From the NCBI GenBank assembly GCA_964016885.1, contig OZ024764.1:18910001-18974000 (forward strand): a stretch of DNA of 64,000 bases, written 5' to 3'. Below the pieces are notes generated by a model. That model did not search any database and was not told the DNA's origin. It saw only the letters and a list, made by a program, of their open reading frames with translations. Source of the stretch: Eledone cirrhosa. Its lineage: Eukaryota. Numbering within the stretch: position 1 is the first letter of the stretch; every line of letters starts with the position of its first letter. Shown here piece after piece: positions 39,501-54,500 of this stretch. Position numbers and translations under genes: made by a program.

Positions 39501-42500
39501 AAAAAGTACCCAGTCCACACTGTAAAGTGGTCATGTAGGTGTCATAACAAAAAGTACCCAGTCCACACTGTAATGTGGTCATATAGGTGTCACAACAAAA
39601 AGTACCCAGTCCACACTGTAAAGTGGTCATGTAGGTGTCACAACAAAAAGTACCCAGTCCACACTGTAAAGTGGACATGTAGGTGTCATGACAAAAAGTA
39701 CCCAGTCCACACTGTAAAGTGGTCATGTAGGTGTCACAACAAAAAGTACCCAGTCCACACTGTAAAGTGGTCATGTAGGTGTCACAACAAAAAGTACCCA
39801 GTCCACACTGTAAAGTGGTCAGGTAGGTGTCACAACAAAAAGTACCCAGTCCACACTGTAAAGTGGTCATGTAGGTGTCACAACAAAATATACCCAGTCC
39901 AGACTATAAAGTGGTCATGTAGGTGTCACAACAAAAAGTACCCAGTCCACACTGTAAAGTGGTCATGTAGGTGTCACAACAAAAAGTACCCAGTCCACAC
40001 TGTAAAGTGGTCATGTAGGTGTCACAACAAAAAGTACCCAGTCCACCCTGTAAAGTGGTCATATATGTGTCACAACAAAAAGTACCCAGTCCACCCTGTA
40101 AAGTGGTCATGTATGTGTCACAACAAAAAGTACCCAGTCCACCCTGTAAAGTGGTCATGTAGGTGTCACAACAAAAAGTACCTAGTCCACACTGTAAAGT
40201 GGTCATGTAGCTGTCATAACAAAAAGTACCCAGTCCACACTGTAAAGTGGACATGTAGGTGTCATGACAAAAAGTACCCAGTCCACACTGTAAAGTGGTC
40301 ATGTAGGTGTCACAACAAAAAGTACCCAGTCCACACTGTAAAGTGCTCATGTAGGTGTCACAACAAAAAGTACCCAGTCCATACTGTAAAGTGGTCAGGT
40401 AGGTGTCACAACAAAAAGTACCCACTCCACACTGTAAAGTGGTCATGTAGGTGTCACAACAAAAAGTACCCAGTCCACACTGTAAAGTGGTCAGGTAGGT
40501 ATCATGATAAAAATACCCAGTCCACACTGTAAAGTGGTCATGTAGGTATCATGACAAAAAGTACCCAGTCCACCCTGTAAAGTGGTCATATAGGTGTTAC
40601 AACAAAAAGTACCCAGTCCACCCTGTAAAATGGTCATGTATGTGTCACAACAAAAAGTACCCATCCACACTGTAAAGTGGTCATGTAGGTGTCACAACAA
40701 AAAGTACCCAGTCCACACTGTAATGTGGTCATGTAGGTGTCACAACAAAAATTACTCAGTCCACACTGTAAAGTGGTCATGTAGGTGTCATAACAAAAAG
40801 TACCCAGTCCACACTGTAAAGTGGTTATGTAGGTGTCATAACCAAAAGTACCCAGTCCACACTGTAAAGTGGTCATGTAGGTGTCACAACAAAAAGTACC
40901 CAGTCCACACTGTCAAGTGGTCATGTAGGTGTCACAACAAAAAGTACCTAGTCCACACTGTAAACTGGTCATGTAGCTGTCACAACAAAAAGTACCCAGT
41001 CCACACTGTAATGTGGTCATGCAGGTTTCGCAACAAAAAGTACCAAGTCCACACTGTAGAGTGGTCAGGTAGGTATAATGACAAAAATACCCAGTCCACA
41101 CTGTAAAGTGGTCATGTAGGTATCATGACAAAAAGTACCCAGTCCACACTGTAAAGTGGTCATGTAGGTGTCACAACAAAAAGTACCCAGTGCACCCTGT
41201 AAAGTGGTCATATAGGTGTCACAACAAAAAGTACCCAGTCCACCCTGTAAAGTGGTCATGTATGTGTCACAACAAAAAGTACCCAGTCCACACTGTAAAG
41301 TGGTCATGTAGGTGTCACAACAAAAAGTACCCAGTCCACACTGTAATGTGGTCATGTAGGTGTCACAACAAAAAGTACTCAGTCCACACTGTAAAGTGGT
41401 CATGTAGGTGTCATAACAAAAAGTACCCAGTCCACACTGTAAAGTGGTCATGTAGGTGTCATAACCAAAAGTACCCAGTCCACAGTGTAAAGTGGTCATG
41501 TAGGTGTCACAACAAAAAGTACCCAGTCCACACTATAATGTGGTCATGTAGGTGTCACAACAAAAAGTACTCAGTCCACACTGTAAAGTGGTCATGTAGG
41601 TGTCATAACAAAAAGTACCCAGTCCACACTGTAAAGTGGTTATGTAGGTGTCATAACCAAAAGTACCCAGTCCACACTGTAAAGTGGTCATGTAGGTGTC
41701 ACAACAAAAAGTACCCAGTCCACACTGTCAAGTGGTCATGTAGGTGTCACAACAAAAAGTACCTAGTCCACACTGTCAACTGGTCATGTAGCTGTCACAA
41801 CAAAAAGTACCCAGTCCACACTGTAATGTGGTCATGCAGGTTTCACAACAAAAAGTACCCAGTCCACACTGTCAACTGGTCATGTATCTGTCACAACAAA
41901 AAGTACCCAGTCCACACTGTAATGTGGTCAGGTAGGTGTCACAACAAAAAGTACCCAGTCCACACTGTAAAGTGGTCATGTATGTGTCACAACAAAAAGG
42001 ACCCAGTCCACACTGTAAAGTGGTCATGTAGGTGTCATAACAAAAAGTACCCAGTCCACACTGTAGAGTGGTCAGGTAGGTATCATGACAAAAAGTACCC
42101 AGTCCACACTGTAAAGTGGTCATGTAGGTGTCACAACAAAAAGTACCCAGTCCACACTGTAAAGTGGTCATGTAGGTGTCTTAACAAAAAGTACCCAGTC
42201 CACACTGTAAAGTGGTCAGGTAGGTGTCACAACAAAAAGTACCCAGTCCACACTGTAAAGTGGTCATGTAGGTGTCACAACAAAAAGTACCCAGTCCACA
42301 CTGTAAAGTGGTCATGTAGGTGTCATAACAAAAAGTACCCAGTCCACACTGTAATGTGGTCATATAGGTGTCACAACAAAAAGTACCCAGTCCACACTGT
42401 AAAGTGGTCATGTAGGTGTCACAACAAAAAGTACCCAGTCCACACTGTAAAGTGGACATGTAGGTGTCATGACAAAAAGTACCCAGTCCACACTGTAAAG

Positions 42501-45500
42501 TGGTCATGTAGGTGTCACAACAAAAAGTACCCAGTCCACACTGTAAAGTGGTCATGTAGGTGTCACAACAAAAAGTACCCAGTCCACACTGTAAAGTGGT
42601 CAGGTAGGTGTCACAACAAAAAGTACCCAGTCCACACTGTAAAGTGGTCATGTAGGTGTCACAACAAAATATACCCAGTCCAGACTATAAAGTGGTCATG
42701 TAGGTGTCACAACAAAAAGTACCCAGTCCACACTGTAAAGTGGTCATGTAGGTGTCACAACAAAAAGTACCCAGTCCACACTGTAAAGTGGTCATGTAGG
42801 TGTCACAACAAAAAGTACCCAGTGCACCCTGTAAAGTGGTCATATATGTGTCACAACAAAAAGTACCCAGTCCACCCTGTAAAGTGGTCATGTATGTGTC
42901 ACAACAAAAAGTACCCAGTCCACCCTGTAAAGTGGTCATGTAGGTGTCACAACAAAAAGTACCTAGTCCACACTGTAAAGTGGTCATGTAGCTGTCATAA
43001 CAAAAAGTACCCAGTCCACACTGTAAAGTGGACATGTAGGTGTCATGACAAAAAGTACCCAGTCCACACTGTAAAGTGGTCATGTAGGTGTCACAACAAA
43101 AAGTACCCAGTCCACACTGTAAAGTGGTCATGTAGGTGTCACAACAAAAAGTACCCAGTCCACACTGTAAAGTGGTCAGGTAGGTGTCACAACAAAAAGT
43201 ACCCAGTCCACACTGTAAAGTGGTCATGTATGTGTCACAACAAAAAGTACCCAGTCCACACTGTAAAGTGGTCTTGTAGGTCTCACAACAAAAAGTACCC
43301 ACTCCACACTGTAAAGTGGTCATGTAGGTGTCACAACAAAAAGTACCCAGTCCACACTGTAAAGTGGTCATGTATGTGTCACAACAAAAAGTACCCAGTC
43401 CACACTGTAAAGTGGTCATGTAGGTGTCACAACAAAAAGTACCCAGTGCACCCTGTAAAGTGGTCATATAGGTGTCACAACAAAAAGTACCCAGTCCACC
43501 CTGTAAAGTGGTCATGTATGTGTCACAACAAAAAGTACCCAGTCCACACTGTAAAGTGGTCATGTAGGTGTCACAACAAAAAGTACCCAGTCCACACTGT
43601 AATGTGGTCATGTAGGTGTCACAACAAAAAGTACTCAGTCCACACTGTAAAGTGGTCATGTAGGTGTCATAACAAAAAGTACCCAGTCCACACTGTAAAG
43701 TGGTCATGTAGGTGTCATAACCAAAAGTACCCAGTCCACAGTGTAAAGTGGTCATGTAGGTGTCACAACAAAAAGTACCCAGTCCACACTATAATGTGGT
43801 CATGTAGGTGTCACAACAAAAAGTACTCAGTCCACACTGTAAAGTGGTCATGTAGGTGTCATAACAAAAAGTACCCAGTCCACACTGTAAAGTGGTTATG
43901 TAGGTGTCATAACCAAAAGTACCCAGTCCACACTGTAAAGTGGTCATGTAGGTGTCACAACAAAAAGTACCCAGTCCACACTGTCAAGTGGTCATGTAGG
44001 TGTCACAACAAAAAGTACCTAGTCCACACTGTCAACTGGTCATGTAGCTGTCACAACAAAAAGTACCCAGTCCACACTGTAATGTGGTCATGCAGGTTTC
44101 ACAACAAAAAGTACCCAGTCCACACTGTAATGTGGTCATGTAGGTGTCACAACAAAAGGTACCCAGTCCACACTGTCAACTGGTCATGTATCTGTCACAA
44201 CAAAAAGTACCCAGTCCACACTGTAATGTGGTCAGGTAGGTGTCACAACAAAAAGTACCCAGTCCACACTGTAAAGTGGTCATGTATGTGTCACAACAAA
44301 AAGGACCCAGTCCACACTGTAAAGTGGTCATGTAGGTGTCATAACAAAAAGTACCCAGTCCAAACTGTAGAGTGGTCAGGTAGGTATCATGACAAAAAGT
44401 ACCCAGTCCACACTGTAAAGTGGTCATGTAGGTGTCACAACAAAAAGTACCCAGTCCACACTGTAAAGTGGTCAGGTAGGTGTCACAACAAAAAGTACCC
44501 AGTCCACACTGTAAAGTGGTCATGTAGGTGTCACAACAAAAAGTACCCAGTCCACACTGTAAAGTGGTCATGTAGGTGTCATAACAAAAAGTACCCAGTC
44601 CACACTGTAATGTGGTCATATAGGTGTCACAACAAAAAGTACCCAGTCCACACTGTAAAGTGGTCATGTAGGTGTCACAACAAAAAGTACCCAGTCCACA
44701 CTGTAAAGTGGACATGTAGGTGTCATGACAAAAAGTACCCAGTCCACACTGTAAAGTGGTCATGTAGGTGTCACAACAAAAAGTACCCAGTCCACACTGT
44801 AAAGTGGTCATGTAGGTGTCACAACAAAAAGTACCCAGTCCACACTGTAAAGTGGTCAGGTAGGTGTCACAACAAAAAGTACCCAGTCCACACTGTAAAG
44901 TGGTCATGTAGGTGTCACAACAAAATATACCCAGTCCAGACTATAAAGTGGTCATGTAGGTGTCACAACAAAAAGTACCCAGTCCACACTGTAAAGTGGT
45001 CATGTAGGTGTCACAACAAAAAGTACCCAGTCCACACTGTAAAGTGGTCATGTAGGTGTCACAACAAAAAGTACCCAGTGCACCCTGTAAAGTGGTCATA
45101 TATGTGTCACAACAAAAAGTACCCAGTCCACCCTGTAAAGTGGTCATGTATGTGTCACAACAAAAAGTACCCAGTCCACCCTGTAAAGTGGTCATGTAGG
45201 TGTCACAACAAAAAGTACCTAGTCCACACTGTAAAGTGGTCATGTAGCTGTCATAACAAAAAGTACCCAGTCCACACTGTAAAGTGGACATGTAGGTGTC
45301 ATGACAAAAAGTACCCAGTCCACACTGTAAAGTGGTCATGTAGGTGTCACAACAAAAAGTACCCAGTCCACACTGTAAAGTGGTCATGTAGGTGTCACAA
45401 CAAAAAGTACCCAGTCCACACTGTAAAGTGGTCAGGTAGGTGTCACAACAAAAAGTACCCAGTCCACACTGTAAAGTGGTCATGTATGTGTCACAACAAA

Positions 45501-48500
45501 AAGTACCCAGTCCACACTGTAAAGTGGTCTTGTAGGTCTCACAACAAAAAGTACCCACTCCACACTGTAAAGTGGTCATGTAGGTGTCACAACAAAAAGT
45601 ACCCAGTCCACACTGTAAAGTGGTCATGTATGTGTCACAACAAAAAGTACCCAGTCCACACTGTAAAGTGGTCATGTAGGTGTCACAACAAAAAGTACCC
45701 AGTGCACCCTGTAAAGTGGTCATATAGGTGTCACAACAAAAAGTACCCAGTCCACCCTGTAAAGTGGTCATGTATGTGTCACAACAAAAAGTACCCAGTC
45801 CACACTGTAAAGTGGTCATGTAGGTGTCACAACAAAAAGTACCCAGTCCACACTGTAATGTGGTCATGTAGGTGTCACAACAAAAAGTACTCAGTCCACA
45901 CTGTAAAGTGGTCATGTAGGTGTCATAACAAAAAGTACCCAGTCCACACTGTAAAGTGGTCATGTAGGTGTCATAACCAAAAGTACCCAGTCCACAGTGT
46001 AAAGTGGTCATGTAGGTGTCACAACAAAAAGTACCCAGTCCACACTATAATGTGGTCATGTAGGTGTCACAACAAAAAGTACTCAGTCCACACTGTAAAG
46101 TGGTCATGTAGGTGTCATAACAAAAAGTACCCAGTCCACACTGTAAAGTGGTTATGTAGGTGTCATAACCAAAAGTACCCAGTCCACACTGTAAAGTGGT
46201 CATGTAGGTGTCACAACAAAAAGTACCCAGTCCACACTGTCAAGTGGTCATGTAGGTGTCACAACAAAAAGTACCTAGTCCACACTGTCAACTGGTCATG
46301 TAGCTGTCACAACAAAAAGTACCCAGTCCACACTGTAATGTGGTCATGCAGGTTTCACAACAAAAAGTACCCAGTCCACACTGTAATGTGGTCATGTAGG
46401 TGTCACAACAAAAGGTACCCAGTCCACACTGTCAACTGGTCATGTATCTGTCACAACAAAAAGTACCCAGTCCACACTGTAATGTGGTCAGGTAGGTGTC
46501 ACAACAAAAAGTACCCAGTCCACACTGTAAAGTGGTCATGTATGTGTCACAACAAAAAGGACCCAGTCCACACTGTAAAGTGGTCATGTAGGTGTCATAA
46601 CAAAAAGTACCCAGTCCACACTGTAGAGTGGTCAGGTAGGTATCATGACAAAAAGTACCCAGTCCACACTGTAAAGTGGTCATGTAGGTGTCACAACAAA
46701 AAGTACCCAGTCCACACTGTAAAGTGGTCATGTAGGTGTCTTAACAAAAAGTACCCAGTCCACACTGTAAAGTGGTCAGGTAGGTGTCACAACAAAAAGT
46801 ACCCAGTCCACACTGTAAAGTGGTCATGTAGGTGTCACAACAAAAAGTACCCAGTCCACACTGTAAAGTGGTCATGTAGGTGTCACAACAAAAAGTACCC
46901 AGTCCACACTGTAAAGTGGACATGTAGGTGTCATGACAAAAAGTACCCAGTCCACACTGTAAAGTGGTCATGTAGGTGTCACAACAAAAAGTACCCAGTC
47001 CACACTGTAAAGTGGTCATGTAGGTGTCACAACAAAAAGTACCCAGTCCACACTGTAAAGTGGTCAGGTAGGTGTCACAACAAAAAGTACCCAGTCCACA
47101 CTGTAAAGTGGTCATGTAGGTGTCACAACAAAATATACCCAGTCCAGACTATAAAGTGGTCATGTAGGTGTCACAACAAAAAGTACCCAGTCCACACTGT
47201 AAAGTGGTCATGTAGGTGTCACAACAAAAAGTACCCAGTCCACACTGTAAAGTGGTCATGTAGGTGTCACAACAAAAAGTACCCAGTCCACCCTGTAAAG
47301 TGGTCATATATGTGTCACAACAAAAAGTACCCAGTCCACCCTGTAAAGTGGTCATGTATGTGTCACAACAAAAAGTACCCAGTCCACCCTGTAAAGTGGT
47401 CATGTAGGTGTCACAACAAAAAGTACCTAGTCCACACTGTAAAGTGGTCATGTAGCTGTCATAACAAAAAGTACCCAGTCCACACTGTAAAGTGGACATG
47501 TAGGTGTCATGACAAAAAGTACCCAGTCCACACTGTAAAGTGGTCAGGTAGGTGTCACAACAAAAAGTACCCAGTCCACACTGTAAAGTGGTCATGTAGG
47601 TGTCACAACAAAATATACCCAGTCCAGACTATAAAGTGGTCATGTAGGTGTCACAACAAAAAGTACCCAGTCCACACTGTAAAGTGGTCAGGTAGGTGTC
47701 ACAACAAAAAGTACCCAGTCCACACTGTAAAGTGGTCATGTATGTGTCACAACAAAAAGTACCCAGTCCACACTGTAAAGTGGTCTTGTAGGTCTCACAA
47801 CAAAAAGTACCCACTCCACACTGTAAAGTGGTCATGTAGGTGTCACAACAAAAAGTACCCAGTCCACACTGTAAAGTGGTCAGTTAGGTATCATGATAAA
47901 AAGTACCCAGTCCACACTGTAAAGTGGTCATGTAGGTATCATGACAAAAAGTACCCAGTCCACCCTGTAAAGTGGTCATATAGGTGTTACAACAAAAAGT
48001 ACCCAGTCCACCCTGTAAAGTGGTCATGTATGTGTCACAACAAAAAGTACCCATCCACACTGTAAAGTGGTCATGTAGGTGTCACAACAAAAAGTACCCA
48101 GTCCACACTGTAATGTGGTCATGTAGGTGTCACAACAAAAAGTACCCAGTCCACCCTGTAAAGTGGTCATATATGTGTCACAACAAAAAGTACCCAGTCC
48201 ACCCTGTAAAGTGGTCATGTATCTGTCATAACAAAAAGTACCCAGTCCACACTGTAATGTGGTCATGTAGGTGTCACAACAAAAATTACTCAGTCCACAC
48301 TGTAAAGTGGTCATGTAGGTGTCATAACAAAAAGTACCCAGTCCACACTGTAAAGTGGTTATGTAGGTGTCATAACCAAAAGTACCCAGTCCACACTGTA
48401 AAGTGGTCATGTAGGTGTCACAACAAAAAGTACCCAGTCCACACTGTAAAGTGGTCATGTATGTGTCACAACAAAAAGTACCCAGTCCACACTGTAAAGT

Positions 48501-51500
48501 GGTCATGTAGGTGTCACAACAAAAAGTACCCAGTGCACCCTGTAAAGTGGTCATATAGGTGTCACAACAAAAAGTACCCAGTCCACCCTGTAAAGTGGTC
48601 ATGTATGTGTCACAACAAAAAGTACCCAGTCCACACTGTAAAGTGGTCATGTAGGTGTCACAACAAAAAGTACCCAGTCCACACTGTAATGTGGTCATGT
48701 AGGTGTCACAACAAAAAGTACTCAGTCCACACTGTAAAGTGGTCATGTAGGTGTCATAACAAAAAGTACCCAGTCCACACTGTAAAGTGGTCATGTAGGT
48801 GTCATAACCAAAAGTACCCAGTCCACAGTGTAAAGTGGTCATGTAGGTGTCACAACAAAAAGTACCCAGTCCACACTATAATGTGGTCATGTAGGTGTCA
48901 CAACAAAAAGTACTCAGTCCACACTGTAAAGTGGTCATGTAGGTGTCATAACAAAAAGTACCCAGTCCACACTGTAAAGTGGTTATGTAGGTGTCATAAC
49001 CAAAAGTACCCAGTCCACACTGTAAAGTGGTCATGTAGGTGTCACAACAAAAAGTACCCAGTCCACACTGTCAAGTGGTCATGTAGGTGTCACAACAAAA
49101 AGTACCTAGTCCACACTGTCAACTGGTCATGTAGCTGTCACAACAAAAAGTACCCAGTCCACACTGTAATGTGGTCATGCAGGTTTCACAACAAAAAGTA
49201 CCCAGTCCACACTGTAATGTGGTCATGTAGGTGTCACAACAAAAGGTACCCAGTCCACACTGTCAACTGGTCATGTATCTGTCACAACAAAAAGTACCCA
49301 GTCCACACTGTAATGTGGTCAGGTAGGTGTCACAACAAAAAGTACCCAGTCCACACTGTAAAGTGGTCATGTATGTGTCACAACAAAAAGGACCCAGTCC
49401 ACACTGTAAAGTGGTCATGTAGGTGTCATAACAAAAAGTACCCAGTCCACACTGTAGAGTGGTCAGGTAGGTATCATGACAAAAAGTACCCAGTCCACAC
49501 TGTAAAGTGGTCATGTAGGTGTCACAACAAAAAGTACCCAGTCCACACTGTAAAGTGGTCATGTAGGTGTCTTAACAAAAAGTACCCAGTCCACACTGTA
49601 AAGTGGTCAGGTAGGTGTCACAACAAAAAGTACCCAGTCCACACTGTAAAGTGGTCATGTAGGTGTCACAACAAAAAGTACCCAGTCCACACTGTAAAGT
49701 GGTCATGTAGGTGTCATAACAAAAAGTACCCAGTCCACACTGTAATGTGGTCATATAGGTGTCACAACAAAAAGTACCCAGTCCACACTGTAAAGTGGTC
49801 ATGTAGGTGTCACAACAAAAAGTACCCAGTCCACACTGTAAAGTGGACATGTAGGTGTCATGACAAAAAGTACCCAGTCCACACTGTAAAGTGGTCATGT
49901 AGGTGTCACAACAAAAAGTACCCAGTCCACACTGTAAAGTGGTCATGTAGGTGTCACAACAAAAAGTACCCAGTCCACACTGTAAAGTGGTCAGGTAGGT
50001 GTCACAACAAAAAGTACCCAGTCCACACTGTAAAGTGGTCATGTAGGTGTCACAACAAAATATACCCAGTCCAGACTATAAAGTGGTCATGTAGGTGTCA
50101 CAACAAAAAGTACCCAGTCCACACTGTAAAGTGGTCATGTAGGTGTCACAACAAAAAGTACCCAGTCCACACTGTAAAGTGGTCATGTAGGTGTCACAAC
50201 AAAAAGTACCCAGTCCACCCTGTAAAGTGGTCATATATGTGTCACAACAAAAAGTACACAGTCCACCCTGTAAAGTGGTCATGTATGTGTCACAACAAAA
50301 CGTACCCAGTCCACCCTGTAAAGTGGTCATGTAGGTGTCACAACAAAAAGTACCTAGTCCACACTGTAAAGTGGTCATGTAGCTGTCATAACAAAAAGTA
50401 CCCAGTCCACACTGTAAAGTGGACATGTAGGTGTCATGACAAAAAGTACCCAGTCCACACTGTAAAGTGGTCATGTAGGTGTCATGACAAAAAGTACCCA
50501 GTCCACCCTGTAAAGTGGTCATATAGGTGTTACAACAAAAAGTACCCAGTCCACCCTGTAAAGTGGTCATGTATGTGTCACAACAAAAAGTACCCATCCA
50601 CACTGTAAAGTGGTCATGTAGGTGTCACAACAAAAAGTACCCAGTCCACACTGTAATGTGGTCATGTAGGTGTCACAACAAAAATTACTCAGTCCACACT
50701 GTAAAGTGGTCATGTAGGTGTCATGACAAAAAGTACCCAGTCCACACTGTAAAGTGGTCATGTAGGTGTCACAACAAAAAGTACCCAGTCCACACTGTAA
50801 AGTGGTCATGTAGGTGTCACAACAAAAAGTACCCAGTCCACACTGTAAAGTGGTCAGGTAGGTGTCACAACAAAAAGTACCCAGTCCACACTGTAAAGTG
50901 GTCATGTATGTGTCACAACAAAAAGTACCCAGTCCACACTGTAAAGTGGTCTTGTAGGTGTCACAACAAAAAGTACCCACTCCACACTGTAAAGTGGTCA
51001 TGTAGGTGTCACAACAAAAAGTACCCAGTCCACACTGTAAAGTGGTCAGGTAGGTATCATGATAAAAAGTACCCAGTCCACACTGTAAAGTGGTCATGTA
51101 GGTATCATGACAAAAAGTACCCAGTCCACCCTGTAAAGTGGTCATATAGGTGTTACAACAAAAAGTACCCAGTCCACCCTGTAAAGTGGTCATGTATGTG
51201 TCACAACAAAAAGTACCCATCCACACTGTAAAGTGGTCATGTAGGTGTCACAACAAAAAGTACCCAGTCCACACTGTAATGTGGTCATGTAGGTGTCACA
51301 ACAAAAATTACTCAGTCCACACTGTAAAGTGGTCATGTAGGTGTCATAACAAAAAGTACCCAGTCCACACTGTAAAGTGGTTATGTAGGTGTCATAACCA
51401 AAAGTACCCAGTCCACACTGTAAAGTGGTCATGTAGGTGTCACAACAAAAAGTACCCAGTCCACACTGTCAAGTGGTCATGTAGGTGTCACAACAAAAAG

Positions 51501-54500
51501 TACCTAGTCCACACTGTAAACTGGTCATGTAGCTGTCACAACAAAAAGTACCCAGTCCACACTGTAATGTGGTCATGCAGGTTTCGCAACAAAAAGTACC
51601 AAGTCCACACTGTAGAGTGGTCAGGTAGGTATCATGACAAAAATTCCCAGTCCACACTGTAAAGTGGTCATGTAGGTATCATGACAAAAAGTACCCAGTC
51701 CACACTGTAAAGTGGTCATGTAGGTATCATGACAAAAAGTACCCAGTCCACACTGTAAAGTGGTCATGTAGGTGTCACAACAAAAAGTACCCAGTGCACC
51801 CTGTAAAGTGGTCATATAGGTGTCACAACAAAAAGTACCCAGTCCACCCTGTAAAGTGGTCATGTATGTGTCACAACAAAAAGTACCCAGTCCACACTGT
51901 AAAGTGGTCATGTAGGTGTCACAACAAAAAGTACCCAGTCCACACTGTAATGTGGTCATGTAGGTGTCACAACAAAAAGTACTCAGTCCACACTGTAAAG
52001 TGGTCATGTAGGTGTCATAACAAAAAGTACCCAGTCCACACTGTAAAGTGGTCATGTAGGTGTCATAACCAAAAGTACCCAGTCCACAGTGTAAAGTGGT
52101 CATGTAGGTGTCACAACAAAAAGTACCCAGTCCACACTATAATGTGGTCATGTAGGTGTCACAACAAAAAGTACTCAGTCCACACTGTAAAGTGGTCATG
52201 TAGGTGTCATAACAAAAAGTACCCAGTCCACACTGTAAAGTGGTTATGTAGGTGTCATAACCAAAAGTACCCAGTCCACACTGTAAAGTGGTCATGTAGG
52301 TGTCACAACAAAAAGTACCCAGTCCACACTGTCAAGTGGTCATGTAGGTGTCACAACAAAAAGTACCTAGTCCACACTGTCAACTGGTCATGTAGCTGTC
52401 ACAACAAAAAGTACCCAGTCCACACTGTAATGTGGTCATGCAGGTTTCACAACAAAAAGTACCCAGTCCACACTGTAATGTGGTCATGTAGGTGTCACAA
52501 CAAAAGGTACCCAGTCCACACTGTCAACTGGTCATGTATCTGTCACAACAAAAAGTACCCAGTCCACACTGTAATGTGGTCATGCAGGTTTCACAACAAA
52601 AAGTACCCAGTCCACACTGTAAAGTGGTCAGGTAGGTGTCACAACAAAAAGTACCCAGTCCACACTGTAAAGTGGTCATGTATGTGTCACAACAAAAAGG
52701 ACCCAGTCCACACTGTAAAGTGGTCATGTAGGTGTCATAACAAAAAGTACCCAGTCCACACTGTAGAGTGGTCAGGTAGGTATCATGACAAAAAGTACCC
52801 AGTCCACACTGTAAAGTGGTCATGTAGGTGTCACAACAAAAAGTACCCAGTCCACACTGTAAAGTGGTCATGTAGGTGTCTTAACAAAAAGTACCCAGTC
52901 CACACTGTAAAGTGGTCAGGTAGGTGTCACAACAAAAAGTACCCAGTCCACACTGTAAAGTGGTCATGTAGGTGTCATAACAAAAAGTACCCAGTCCACA
53001 CTGTAATGTGGTCATATAGGTGTCACAACAAAAAGTACCCAGTCCACACTGTAAAGTGGTCATGTAGGTGTCACAACAAAAAGTACCCAGTCCACACTGT
53101 AAAGTGGACATGTAGGTGTCATGACAAAAAGTACCCAGTCCACACTGTAAAGTGGTCATGTAGGTGTCACAACAAAAAGTACCCAGTCCACACTGTAAAG
53201 TGGTCATGTAGGTGTCACAACAAAAAGTACCCAGTCCACACTGTAAAGTGGTCAGGTAGGTGTCACAACAAAAAGTACCCAGTCCACACTGTAAAGTGGT
53301 CATGTAGGTGTCACAACAAAAAGTACCCAGTCCACACTGTAAACTGGTCATGTAGGTGTCACAACAAAAAGTACCCAGTCCACCCTGTAAAGTGGTCATA
53401 TATGTGTCACAACAAAAAGTACCCAGTCCACCCTGTAAAGTGGTCATGTATGTGTCACAACAAAAAGTACCCAGTCCACCCTGTATAGTGGTCATGTAGG
53501 TGTCACAACAAAAAGTACCTAGTCCACACTGTAAAGTGGTCATGTAGCTGTCATAACAAAAAGTACCCAGTCCACACTGTAAAGTGGACATGTAGGTGTC
53601 ATGACAAAAAGTACCCAGTCCACACTGTAAAGTGGTCATGTAGGTGTCACAACAAAAAGTACCCAGTCCACACTGTAAAGTGGTCATGTAGGTGTCACAA
53701 CAAAAAGTACCCAGTCCACACTGTAAAGTGGTCAGGTAGGTGTCACAACAAAAACTACCCAGTCCACACTGTAAAGTGGTCATGTATGTGTCACAACAAA
53801 AAGTACCCAGTCCACACTGTAAAGTGGTCTTGTAGGTGTCACAACAAAAAGTACCCACTCCACACTGTAAAGTGGTCATGTAGGTGTCACAACAAAAAGT
53901 ACCCAGTCCACACTGTAAAGTGGTCAGGTAGGTATCATGATAAAAAGTACCCAGTCCACACTGTAAAGTGGTCATGTAGGTATCATGACAAAAAGTACCC
54001 AGTCCACCCTGTAAAGTGGTCATATAGGTGTTACAACAAAAAGTACCCAGTCCACCCTGTAAAGTGGTCATGTATGTGTCACAACAAAAAGTACCCATCC
54101 ACACTGTAAAGTGGTCATGTAGGTGTCACAACAAAAAGTACCCAGTCCACACTGTAATGTGGTCATGTAGGTGTCACAACAAAAATTACTCAGTCCACAC
54201 TGTAAAGTGGTCATGTAGGTGTCATAACAAAAAGTACCCAGTCCACACTGTAAAGTGGTCATGTAGGTGTCATAACAAAAAGTACCCAGTCCACACTGTA
54301 AAGTGGTTATGTAGGTGTCATAACCAAAAGTACCCAGTCCACACTGTAAAGTGGTCATGTAGGTGTCACAACAAAAAGTACCCAGTCCACACTGTCAAGT
54401 GGTCATGTAGGTGTCACAACAAAAAGTACCTAGTCCACACTGTCAACTGGTCATGTAGCTGTCACAACAAAAAGTACCCAGTCCACACTGTAATGTGGTC

